Assembly: GCF_000014265.1 (NCBI RefSeq)
Contig: NC_008312.1
Span: forward strand, 1,920,001 to 1,952,000
DNA: 32,000 nucleotides
From: Trichodesmium erythraeum IMS101
GTDB taxonomy: Bacteria; Cyanobacteriota; Cyanobacteriia; Cyanobacteriales; Microcoleaceae
Direction: 5' to 3'
A model generated the notes under the pieces. That model saw only the letters and a list, made by a program, of their open reading frames with translations, was not told the DNA's origin and did not search any database. How positions within the stretch are numbered: position 1 is the first letter of the stretch; each line of letters opens with the position of its first letter. Of the stretch, positions 1 through 9,021 are shown in pieces. Made by a program: the position numbers and the translations under genes.

Positions 1-1656
1 GTCATCTCCTGAGACTAAAACATATTTCATCACCTCTAAATTACTAACCTGATCTAAAGATTTAATTCCACGCATTAATAACCAAGATTCTACAGATTTT
101 TCTATCTGTTCTTTCGCCCAAAACTTGTTATCTAGATAAATCAAACTACTAGCAAAATCTATCAGCATTTCTGGAACCCAAGCCGATTCTTCTTCCCCTA
201 ATTGCTGATATAAAGATTGATAAAAATAAACAAGATACTCAATAATTTTTTCTCGTTCTTCTGAGGGAATTTCTTCTAAAAGATTAGGTAATAATTCAGG
301 AAGCAAAGGGCGTTTGCGTTCTTGAGGTGGAACATCTAAGAGAAAATATGCATCGGCGGTTCTACCTATTAAGAGAGAAACTTGAATAGCAATGAAACGA
401 GAAAAAGTTTCTTTGTCTGAATCAAGAACTGTATAGTTACGATTAGGTAAATTGTTAGGATCTTGACCTCTTTCTAACAGTCTCTTTTCTCGTTTTATCA
501 ACTGTAAATCTGCCAAAAACTTCTTAACTACTTCCTCACCCCAATCTGCATCAAACTCTTCTGTTGTTCCCGTTTCTATTTTTTCCTGATTTCGTTGTTT
601 TTCCCATTTTAATAACCTTTCTTTAACAGCAAAATATAATAATTCTAGCCAAGACAAAGGATCTTCTTTAGGCAAAGAATCAATATAAGGTTCTGGAAAA
701 TTTTGACTCCAATAACTATATTCTAGATGATAGTAAGTTCTTTCAACTAATGTGTTGATAACTAACATTGGTTTACTTTTCAAACCACTAAAAATAGTTT
801 TAAAAGCTCCCTCTCCAGACAAAGCTTTTGTCATCCATGCACCGGTTAAAAAATCGACTTTTCTACCAGTTTGTTTATACTTTTCGAGGAAAGCTCTTAA
901 CCGTCTATTTAATCCTTGTTCAATATCAGGAAAAGTATTAGGTTGGCTATTTGCACCAGCACCAGCACGGTCATATTTAAGAATAGGTGGAACAAATAAA
1001 ATGAGTAAATTATCAGATTTTACAATTTCCTTAATTTGTTCATCATCCAGAGTAAGAGGCCAATTATTTAATCGGCGTTGTTGACGAATAACTGTGAGAT
1101 TATTTTGCAAATCAATAGCTTTTAATTCTCTAGCTAATGTAGCATCTATTTCTTTTAACTGAAGTTGTAAATCTTTTTGTTTTTCCTGTAAAAATATTTG
1201 TAATTGAGCCCGAAAAAGTTCTAATTGATGAGCATTTTCACGATTTAATTTACCCTCCTGAATTTGATGCTCCCTATTCAATCTTGCTAACTCAGTTTGT
1301 AATTCCCGATTTAACTTTCCTTCTTCAGCCTGAAATAAACGATTAATAGTTCCTAACTCAGTTTGTAATTGACGATTTAATTCTCCTTGTTGAGCTTGAA
1401 ACTGTCTATTAAGATTACCTTGCTCATACTGAAATTGAAAATTCCTCTCCTCCATAACAGTTTTTAACTGTATTTGAGCAATCTGTATTTGTTGTTGAAT
1501 ACTATCTCTTTTTTCATAATATTCAATTAAATTATCATTATTGATCCGCAGAGTTTCCGATGACATTCTTGCAGACCTAGTTCCCCAAAAAAAATCGCTG
1601 AATCCCTCTGCTAAATGTTGAAACCAATTTTTTTTATTAGGTAAAAATTTTTCCAT
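1..1656 (-). CDS. Hypothetical coiled-coil protein, first 552 codons only. The ORF runs off the left window edge, so it is absent from the supplied ORF track.
   Basis: The reverse complement of 1..1656 is one uninterrupted frame from ATG at 1656-1654 (MEKFLPNKKNWFQHLAEGF...) to the codon ending at nt 1 (...MKYVLVSGDD). I re-translated 661-1656 codon by codon and read the rest through more quickly; 552 stop-free codons in ~30% GC DNA is not chance. The track ORF 752..1084(+) is its antisense shadow. Family not recognised. Confidence 0.8.
   Translation of the reverse strand, partial: MEKFLPNKKNWFQHLAEGFSDFFWGTRSARMSSETLRINNDNLIEYYEKRDSIQQQIQIAQIQLKTVMEERNFQFQYEQGNLNRQFQAQQGELNRQLQTELGTINRLFQAEEGKLNRELQTELARLNREHQIQEGKLNRENAHQLELFRAQLQIFLQEKQKDLQLQLKEIDATLARELKAIDLQNNLTVIRQQRRLNNWPLTLDDEQIKEIVKSDNLLILFVPPILKYDRAGAGANSQPNTFPDIEQGLNRRLRAFLEKYKQTGRKVDFLTGAWMTKALSGEGAFKTIFSGLKSKPMLVINTLVERTYYHLEYSYWSQNFPEPYIDSLPKEDPLSWLELLYFAVKERLLKWEKQRNQEKIETGTTEEFDADWGEEVVKKFLADLQLIKREKRLLERGQDPNNLPNRNYTVLDSDKETFSRFIAIQVSLLIGRTADAYFLLDVPPQERKRPLLPELLPNLLEEIPSEEREKIIEYLVYFYQSLYQQLGEEESAWVPEMLIDFASSLIYLDNKFWAKEQIEKSVESWLLMRGIKSLDQVSNLEVMKYVLVSGDD
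1225..1422 (-). repeat. Six in-frame 33-nt (11-residue) repeats inside the coiled-coil CDS
   Basis: Translated units are QGNLNRQFQAQ / QGELNRQLQTE / LGTINRLFQAE / EGKLNRELQTE / LARLNREHQIQ / EGKLNRENAHQ. The LNR core recurs every 11 residues. Confidence 0.8.
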
Positions 1657-1945
1657 TTATTAGACTCTAATTTAATCAATAAACTACAAAGTATTAGACT
1701 TCTATTATCCCTAAGTTTTCCAATACCATAATGGATAAAGTTAATTGCTTCTAAGGTATTTCATTTAATTTATCAGTTACTAGTATTTTGATGTAAAGCC
1801 AGAGGTTTAAAATATGTATTATACTAAATACACTTATGAAAAGCTTCTTGTTTTTTTAATCCTTTAAACCTTTCAGCATAAATATCAGTAGCATAAGTAT
1901 CTTAGTTTTTAATAAAGCTCTTGTGTAAACCGGACTTAACATTAA

Positions 1946-2102
1946 GAATACTTCTTTTATCCCTTTGAAAGGGCAGGTTTAAGACCTGACTTTTTGGTAA
2001 TTAATTAACATATTAACAAATATGACGAATACTTCTTTTATCCCTTTAAAAAGGTAGGCTTAAAACCTGATTTTTTGGTCATAAATTAACATTTTGACAA
2101 AA
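1946..2102 (+). repeat. Tandem direct repeat, 81 bp x 2, between the divergent coiled-coil and J-domain genes
   Basis: GAATACTTCTTTTATCCCTTTGAAAGGGCAGGTTTAAGACCTGACTTTTTGGTAATTAATTAACATATTAACAAA (1946-) is repeated from 2027 with about 85% identity. Unit 1 contains a CAGGT/ACCTG stem followed by a T-run. A diverged reverse-orientation copy lies at 10768-10812. Confidence 0.8.
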
Positions 2103-2184
2103 TCGCCATTATATGTATGCTATGGGATCGTACTAATACTGATTCAGAAGGTATTTATAGTCGCTATATTTGTTATTGTAGTTA

Positions 2185-2877
2185 TTGGATAAAAATGGCT
2201 CAATGGTAAGTTCTGACTATTATAAAATCTTAAATGTTCATCCCACTGCAACTCAGGGACAAATTAGACAAGCATATCGTCGTTTAGTTAAATTATTTCA
2301 CCCAGATACTAATACAGAAGTAGCAAACCACGAACGTATTATTAGTATTAATGAAGCCTATGAAGTATTAAGCGATCCTCAACAAAGAAAATCTTATGAT
2401 CAGCAGCTTAATCAAAATTATCAAAGATATAGAAACATTAGCCAAGATTACTATAAACACAATAAAAGAAGGCAGAATATTGATGAACATCTGCAAAGAT
2501 GGATAAATCATGTTTACAGACCAGTTGATACAATTATAATTCAAATACTAAAACCTCTAAAAAATGAAATTGATGATTTAGCTGCAGATCCATTTGATGA
2601 TCAATTACTTGAATCTTTTCAAGATTATTTAGAAACTTCTCGAGGTCTACTTAAAAAAGCTCATAACTTATTTAGTTCTCAGCCAAACCCATCTAATTTT
2701 GCTGGAGTAGCAGCTCATTTATATTATTGTTTGAATCAAGTTAGTGATGGAATAGAAGATTTAGAATTATTTACTCTAAACTACGATGATTATTATTTAC
2801 ATACAGGTCAGGAATTATTTAGAATTGCTGATAAATTGCGCCAGGAAGCACAAGCAGCAATAAAAGGTATCTTTTAA
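2185..2877 (+). CDS. J-domain (DnaJ-like) protein with a non-DnaJ C-terminal region
   Basis: N-terminus reads YYKILNVHPTATQGQIRQAYRRLVKLFHPDTN...INEAYEVLSDPQQRKSYD, a canonical J-domain with the HPD tripeptide. No Gly/Phe or zinc-finger region follows. The track start is TTG at 2185; ATG at 2203 (MVSSDYYKIL) is the more likely start. Confidence 0.88.
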   Translation: MDKNGSMVSSDYYKILNVHPTATQGQIRQAYRRLVKLFHPDTNTEVANHERIISINEAYEVLSDPQQRKSYDQQLNQNYQRYRNISQDYYKHNKRRQNIDEHLQRWINHVYRPVDTIIIQILKPLKNEIDDLAADPFDDQLLESFQDYLETSRGLLKKAHNLFSSQPNPSNFAGVAAHLYYCLNQVSDGIEDLELFTLNYDDYYLHTGQELFRIADKLRQEAQAAIKGIF

Positions 2878-4740
2878 GTTAGAAGTTAAATTCACAACGC
2901 TAATTACATTTGATATTTTACTAACATTCTATTAGTTTAGTTGTCTGAGGTTTAAATCACTAAAACTTTCAAAATAAGTTACTCTTTTAAATAAATTACA
3001 TAAATTATAATTGTTAAGAGATACTAGGGTTAGTTTTTTGATTTTTAGGTTTAAGACTATTCTTTTGTTGCAACTAAATAAATAATAAATGTGGCGATAG
3101 ATTACTTTTTTTTTATACCTATTTTTTAACTCATAGGAGTCAGTAATAATCTCTTGATTCCTATTTTTATAAAACAGGAAATAATTAATCGAACTACATC
3201 TAATAGAATGAGTCTAAAAATAGCACTGCTATAAATATAATTATAGTCATAAAAAAGTTAATTTTTTCAAGAGTTTTTTTACCATTATTTATCTTCTAAG
3301 AAAAAATCATATTTGTTTTAAAAAAATACTTATAGATAAAATTTTTAAGATAATCATAATATCTATTAATTTACAAAAATAGTCATCATAAATAAGCTTT
3401 AATAAATTGTATACTTATGAAGTTTCGGAAAATTAAAGATTTGATTATTTTTAATTCATTTATACTTTTAAGTAGGGTATAATAACTGTAATTAAAGTCA
3501 AAAACTACATTATATTGTTTCTGTAAATAGTTTTGCAAGTCTGACAATTTTAGAGAATCTTTTTCTATTAAGCAGTCAATTGTTTTGTCTTTTTCTGCCT
3601 GCCCTAAGTAACCTGACCTTCCTCTACATTAAAGTCTTAAACTTTCTACATCCTGAAAAAGCACTCGGATTTTCTATTGACTGATAAAATTGTGAGAAAC
3701 TTTCAATAATTCTTTGACTTTATCTCATATTCTGCGCTTCAATTTGTAAAATTAGAATTAGTATAAAATCCGTAGCTTGCTTAAATATTTATACCATAAA
3801 AATTATCTTTATTTACCTTAATCAGGAGTTAAATTATCAGGTAAATATTAATGATAAATACTTACTGAATCTTTAACTCCTATTTACCACTATAATTTAC
3901 TTATTACTTATTACTTCTTATTTTTTACTTCTTACTTTTGACTTATATTTCTATATTACGTTTTGTCCTGCGGAATATATGCTTTATAATAAGATTTTTC
4001 CAACAAAAGCATTTTTACTGCCCAAGCCATTTTCATTTATTTTGACTCTTTTTGTATTATTGAGAAAATAATCTAATTCATCTATAACATCATAATTTTT
4101 GAATCTTATAAAAAAGTTATTGAGTATGAAAAATGGAGCAAAAGAAAGAAAGGCTAATTAATAATTTATAATTCTAATAAATTTTCCTAAAGTAGTTATA
4201 TATATTTTCAACAATTACCAATAAAAGATGATGCGGTGTTAGATACATCTTCATTTATGCCAGTCTGATAAAAATATATAATGGATAAAAATATAGTTAG
4301 TATGAAGGATTTATTTCAACAATTAAATTATCAAGTAATAGACTGAAAATATTAAATTCAAGGAAGGCAAGTAAAAAAAAGAGCCTCGCTAATCTTTCAA
4401 TAAATAATTATCAAGCTAAAAAAATTAATTAATCAAAAAAGGAACACAAAATTATCAGATAATTTCCAATTGATTAAACAAGAATTACGTTATAAATTTT
4501 AAGTAATTAGGTAGTAGAAAAAAAATAATTTTTCTACTATAGCAAAATCATACTTATAACAATTTATCATCCTATTTCATTCTTTATAGATGATTGAGTA
4601 ATTCTCAAATAGTAAAAAAATCATAAACATTATTTGACTCCAGTTTCTCCTATTGCTTACTACCAATAAATTTATCATTTTATGACAAGGTAATCAAAAT
4701 AATTTAAATCACTAAAGTCAGCTTGGTAAAATTATTTTAT

Positions 4741-6116
4741 CGGGACTTTAGTGAAAAAATAGTAAAAAAAAGGGTATAATGTATACCTGATATGTATTTT
4801 ACGTTAATTACTGGCCTGGGAAAAGTTTGATGAAAGAAACAACTTCAGTGGCCATGCCCTCTTGTTTCCATCGATGGTGCGATCGCTTTAACAATGTCTT
4901 TAAAACAAAAGCCCAAAAAACAGGGTTTAGGGAATATATAGGAGGATTACTCTTGAGAAAGCGATCGAAAAAACTTGTCTCAAATTGCCAACAACACTGT
5001 AGGTCACACGTACCACAAATTACGGCATTTTCTAGTTCGAGCAAATTGGTCTGTAGATGCTGTGAATGAGCGTCGTCTTCAAGTAATGTGGGAACGTCGC
5101 CAAACAAAACCTTCTCGATCCTATTGCTTTAATTATAGACGATTCAGGCCACAGAAAAAGTGGTAATTTTACTGCAGGAGTAGGGCGGCAATATATAGGA
5201 GAAATAGGAAAAACAGATAATGGTGTAGTCGTGGTGACAACTCATCTTTATGATGGAGTTAAAAGTCTACCTTTAGACATAGCTTTGTATCAGAAAGCTG
5301 ATTCTTTTCCAAAAGGAAAAAAAGACCCAGAATTTGTCAAGAAACCAGACGAGTGCAATGTCTCTAGTAGATCAATGTTTGTCCAGAGGACACCAACCAG
5401 AAATTGTGTTAATTGAAATTTGGCTATGGTAACAATACATCATTCTTAAATCAACTAGAGAAAAGAAGTTTAACTTATATAGGAGGATTAGCTAAAAATC
5501 GAAAAGTCATCATTAAAAAACAAGATGACATTAAAGAGGAAATTAGATTAGACAAGCTGGCAGAAAGTATACCTCAGAAAGCTTTCAACTTAGTTCAACT
5601 AAGTACAAAAAATGCTAGAGAAGTTTGGGTAGCTACATTAGAAGTAGAAATATCTAGGATGTCAGGTCAAAAAACTATAGCTATCGTTATGAATGCTAAA
5701 AGTTTTTCTGAGGCCACTGATATTAACTATTATATCACTAATAGAGAAGACAAATATGTAACTCCTGAGTGGATATATTCTACTTATTCTCAAAGAAATT
5801 GGGTGGAAGTTTTCTACAGGGAAGCCAAAGGATGGTTAGGATTAAGAGAATATCAAGTCAGAGATAAAATCAGCCTTAAAAGGCATTTTATTTTAGTATT
5901 TTGTGCTTATACATTTATTATCTGGCATCAGTTAACAGGAGGTATAAGAAGGCGTTGGGCTAACAAACCATTAAATACGTTTACTGATACTTTAGAAGCA
6001 TTTCGTACCGCAATATCTTATCGTTTTGTTGAGTGGTTAGATGAAAACATCGACGTATTTACCGCTCATAAAGAGAGTTTAGGGTTTGTTTGGGCTTGAA
6101 ATTTGCTAAAGTCCCG
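4741..6116 (+). mobile_element. IS701-like (IS4 superfamily) insertion sequence with terminal inverted repeats, a 4-bp TSD and a decayed transposase
   Basis: Left end is CGGGACTTTAGTGAA (4741-). Right end is TTGCTAAAGTCCCG (ending at 6116), the reverse complement of CGGGACTTTAGCAA. Both ends are flanked by TTAT (4737-4740 and 6117-6120). The internal ORF fragments carry IS701-type motifs (IDDSGHRKSG, GVGRQYIGEIGKTDNGVV, YGNNTSFL, RNWVEVFYREAKGWLGL). Confidence 0.8.
4827..6099 (+). pseudogene. IS701-family DDE transposase, broken by at least three frameshifts
   Basis: One transposase reading is spread over track ORFs 4827..5069, 4975..5166, 5231..5416 and 5413..6099, which lie in different frames. 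The sequence is continuous across the frame switches (for example ...RKRSKK / ERKNLSQIANNTVGHTYHKLRHF...). Confidence 0.8.
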
Positions 6117-6168
6117 TTATTAAATATTTGATGAAATTGCTATTATGCTGACTCAAACTAATTATTAA

Positions 6169-6187
6169 CCAGGGAAAATTTCCCTGG
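6169..6187 (-). terminator. Candidate stem-loop terminator downstream of the VWA gene
   Basis: CCAGGGAAAATTTCCCTGG is a near-perfect palindrome (7-8 bp stem) lying 23 nt past the VWA stop. On the minus strand it is followed by TTAATAATTAGTTT, so the U-tract is imperfect. Confidence 0.4.
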
Positions 6188-6210
6188 CTAAAAAACTAGG
6201 AAAATATTCT

Positions 6211-7449
6211 CTACTTTAAAATGGTTTTGGAAACAATTCTTGTTTTTTTACGTTCCATTTCTGAAAGTTTATCCCCATCTTGTAAGCGAGTAGCACTAGT
6301 TTGTAAAACAGTTGCAGCTCCTGTATCTCCCATTTGTAATGCTGTTTTAGCTGCTGTTTGTAACATTGTAGCTGCACCTGCTCTATCACCCTGTTGTAAT
6401 TTTGTTTCAGCTATTTGAGTTTGCCTATATTTTGCTAAAGCTAAAATATGATTTTGTACTTGAGAGTTAACTTGAGGCTGGTATTTTTCCATAAAATTAG
6501 CTTCAACTAAAATTGATTCTGAAAGTAAACCTTCTTGATTTTGAGCAGGGTCATCATAACGAATTTGTAATTGAGCAATTGCTTGTTTTCCTTCTGGTAA
6601 TTGCCCAATATAAGTATTGACTAAAACCACCCTTTCTATATCTTTCATTAAATCTCCCAGTCTAACTATAAACCCATTACCCTCTTTTTTTACTGGCAAC
6701 TCAATAGTATCTGGTGCCACTTGTGCAATAGGTTTAAGTTCTGCTAACCTCACTTTAGGCATTAAATAAAATTGCAAATAAGAGTTAGTAATTCCTACAG
6801 ATTTAATGCGATTAAATAATTTACTAAACTCCTCTATTGCCTGTTCTGGTTGTTGAATATAGGAAAGATTTCCCCCTCCAGCATCAGCAATTTTTTCCAA
6901 AACATCTTGATTCCAATCATCACCAAATCCTAGAGAATTTAGAGTAATATTATAGTCTGTTGCTAACTTTGCTAGCTTGAGACAAAGGTCATTATCCCCA
7001 TGTTCATTTTCTCCATCAGTTAATATAAAAGCCTGGGAAATAGACTCTTTTCTACCCTTATTTAATTCTTCTATTCCTAACTTTAAACCTTTATCAATAG
7101 CAGTACCACCAGAGGCTCTTAATTTATTAATTTTACCCTTAATACTAGCAGAATCATTGATCATCTGATTAGGAACAATTACTTGAGCTTGATGGTCAAA
7201 AGCTACAACCGAAAGGCGATCGCCTTCCTTCAATTTTTCCACAAGTTGTACTGCTGCTTGTTTAACCGTTTCTAGTGGTCTTCCTTCCATAGAACCACTG
7301 TGGTCTAAAATTAAACATAAATTTAATGGTACAGTCCTTTCTAGCTGATTAGCCATCACCGAAATAGATAAGGCCACTTGCCGTTGAGATAAAGATTGAG
7401 AAGCATCAATATTAGTATCATTGAGAGCCGAACGTAGATTAACTTTCAT
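6211..7449 (-). CDS. von Willebrand factor type A (VWA/MIDAS) domain protein with a C-terminal 19-residue repeat tail
   Basis: MIDAS motif LILDHSGSMEG (DxSxS), then RLSVVAFD, ASGGTAIDKGL and FILTDGENEHGD, the typical VWA order. The C-terminus has repeats KLQQGDRAGAATMLQTAAK / TALQMGDTGAATVLQTSAT. The ORF is 412 aa and clean. Confidence 0.9.
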   Translation of the reverse strand: MKVNLRSALNDTNIDASQSLSQRQVALSISVMANQLERTVPLNLCLILDHSGSMEGRPLETVKQAAVQLVEKLKEGDRLSVVAFDHQAQVIVPNQMINDSASIKGKINKLRASGGTAIDKGLKLGIEELNKGRKESISQAFILTDGENEHGDNDLCLKLAKLATDYNITLNSLGFGDDWNQDVLEKIADAGGGNLSYIQQPEQAIEEFSKLFNRIKSVGITNSYLQFYLMPKVRLAELKPIAQVAPDTIELPVKKEGNGFIVRLGDLMKDIERVVLVNTYIGQLPEGKQAIAQLQIRYDDPAQNQEGLLSESILVEANFMEKYQPQVNSQVQNHILALAKYRQTQIAETKLQQGDRAGAATMLQTAAKTALQMGDTGAATVLQTSATRLQDGDKLSEMERKKTRIVSKTILK

Positions 7450-7651
7450 AAATGTACGATTGATTTTTTTTCACTACTAAGGATATCTTCACAAATATAG
7501 GGAGAAGTTTCGATATAAATATCAAAAAAAATTAGCTGCTTAACAAGACAGATAATTATGGCAAAATTTACACAAGGAAAGGAAACACCATATCTGCACA
7601 ATGTTGACTCAAAATAAAGTAATAGTAAATCTGTCATTTTTGTCCCTGAAT

Positions 7652-7662
7652 TATGGTAAAAT
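7652..7662 (+). promoter_or_regulatory. Extended -10-like box TATGGTAAAAT (unit 1 of the 342-bp repeat)
   Basis: The TGn + TAAAAT arrangement fits a bacterial extended -10 element. There is also TTGACT-16 nt-TAAATC at 7604-7631. No transcript data available. Confidence 0.25.
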
Positions 7663-7993
7663 TCATCCCTAGACAAAAAACTTGTTTGAGCTTTATAGAA
7701 TATTATTTTATGACTGGGATATATTAAATCTGTATCACCTATGCCTATGAAGTATACTGACCAATATTTTATATATCTAAAGACTAACTATCAATTAACA
7801 CTATAGAAATAGCTCAAAATTTGTCGGTATTAATATAACATAATTCCAGGGAAAGTTTTTAATTTGTGGGAGTAAAACAGACTTCCTATAAGTATTTTTC
7901 CTCTGGTTTTCTATTTCCCTAAATTCAAAGATAGACCAAACAATGTTGGCTCAAAATAAAGTAATAATAAATCTGCCATTTTTGTCCCTGAAT

Positions 7994-8004
7994 TATGGTA
8001 AAAT
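7994..8004 (+). promoter_or_regulatory. Extended -10-like box TATGGTAAAAT (unit 2 of the 342-bp repeat)
   Basis: The same box is conserved in the second repeat unit although flanking positions have diverged. Confidence 0.25.
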
Positions 8005-8993
8005 TTATCCTTAGACAAAAAAAATTGTTTCAGCTTTATAGAATGTTATTTTATGACTGGGGTATATTAAATCTGTATCACCTATACCTATGAAGTATAC
8101 TGACAAATATTTTATATATCTAGGGAGTAACTATCAATTGACACTACAGAAATAGCTCAAAATTTGTCGGTATTAGTACAACCTAATTCTAGGGTAAGGT
8201 TTTAAATGGTAGGAGTAAAACAGATTTTCTATAAGTATTTTTCTATGGTTTTTTATTTCCATAAATTAAAAGAAAGACCAAATTACTATAACTATAAAAA
8301 GCAATTATCATATCTAAAACAGGATTGAGTAGAGGTTACAAATTCAGGTGATTATTTTGATTTTCTCAGGTTTACTCAAAAGTATTGCATAAATTCTGTG
8401 CTAGAAAGTAAAAATCATATTTTCTAGATTTGTCAAAGGTTGATAGTAATGGCGAAGAAATCGGTAAACCTATGCTTAAAAGTTAATTTAGATATCGTTC
8501 ATTAAGCTTTCCTAATCTTGATAATTATTAGTTAAATTTTTCATGATTTAATAGTAAATTGCTATATATTAAAGGAACAAAAATAGAGTTAAAAAGCATC
8601 ATAAATCATATAAATAAATCTATCTCATAGACCTAAAATAAAACAAGTTTTACTCATAAAAAAAATATCAGATTCAGTAGATCAAGTCAAGTTGATAATA
8701 TTAGTCGGTTCCTAATTTAAAAAATTATAATATTCAACCTACTTTATAAAACTCAATTCCTTAAAATTCTATACTATAAACAGATACTTATCTAGTAAAA
8801 TTAGAAGGAAACAAGTTATATTCTATTAAATTTTTAGTAATCATTCAGTACTTTAGTAGTCAACTTGAAGGACTTTCCTATGTCATGCTTCGATATATAT
8901 TAAAGTAATAAATCACTAAGTCAAACTTATCATCTTTTCGGTGTCGGAATTTTAATTATTCTTGGAGACTAATTTCTCTTTCTAACTGATAGT

Positions 8994-9021
8994 TGAATGC
9001 TGAATGCTGAATGCTGAATGC
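8994..9021 (+). repeat. Heptamer microsatellite (TGAATGC) x 4, STRR-like
   Basis: TGAATGCTGAATGCTGAATGCTGAATGC is read directly. It is embedded in CTAACTGATAG...GCTTACA, which matches the right end of the 11576-11790 element. Confidence 0.9.

Larger units (their letters stand above)
7599..8283 (+). repeat. Tandem direct repeat, 342 bp x 2, in ORF-free DNA upstream of the VWA gene
   Basis: CAATGTTGACTCAAAATAAAGTAATAGTAAATCTG... (7599-7940) recurs from 7941 (CAATGTTGGCTCAAAATAAAGTAATAATAAATCTG...) through ...AGACCAAA at 8283. About 90% identity by eye, with a few 1-nt indels. Confidence 0.9.

Noticed and set aside
752-1084. Track ORF of 110 aa on the plus strand
   Set aside because: It lies entirely antisense to the 552-codon minus-strand ORF (1-1656). 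It has a GTG start and low-complexity composition with no motifs, so I treat it as a shadow ORF.
6221-7168. Track ORFs 6221..6418(+) and 6977..7168(+)
   Set aside because: Both are antisense shadows inside the VWA CDS. The first merely mirrors the 57-nt repeat region.
7446-7676. 76-codon minus-strand ORF whose TGA overlaps the VWA ATG (TTATGA), suggesting translational coupling or a leader peptide
   Set aside because: Its first 24 codons lie in the 342-bp repeat. Comparison with the second unit shows four non-synonymous and one synonymous change (R/K, E/K, T/A, S/P), and the second copy truncates after 35 codons. There is no sign of purifying selection. The sequence is Cys/Phe/Ile-rich, as expected from random AT-rich DNA, and my rough estimate is that about a dozen stop-free runs of this length are expected by chance in the window.
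7599-8283. CRISPR array (also considered for the other tandem repeats)
   Set aside because: The units are contiguous with no spacers, are far longer (72-384 bp) than CRISPR repeats, occur in only two copies each, and no cas genes are present in the window.
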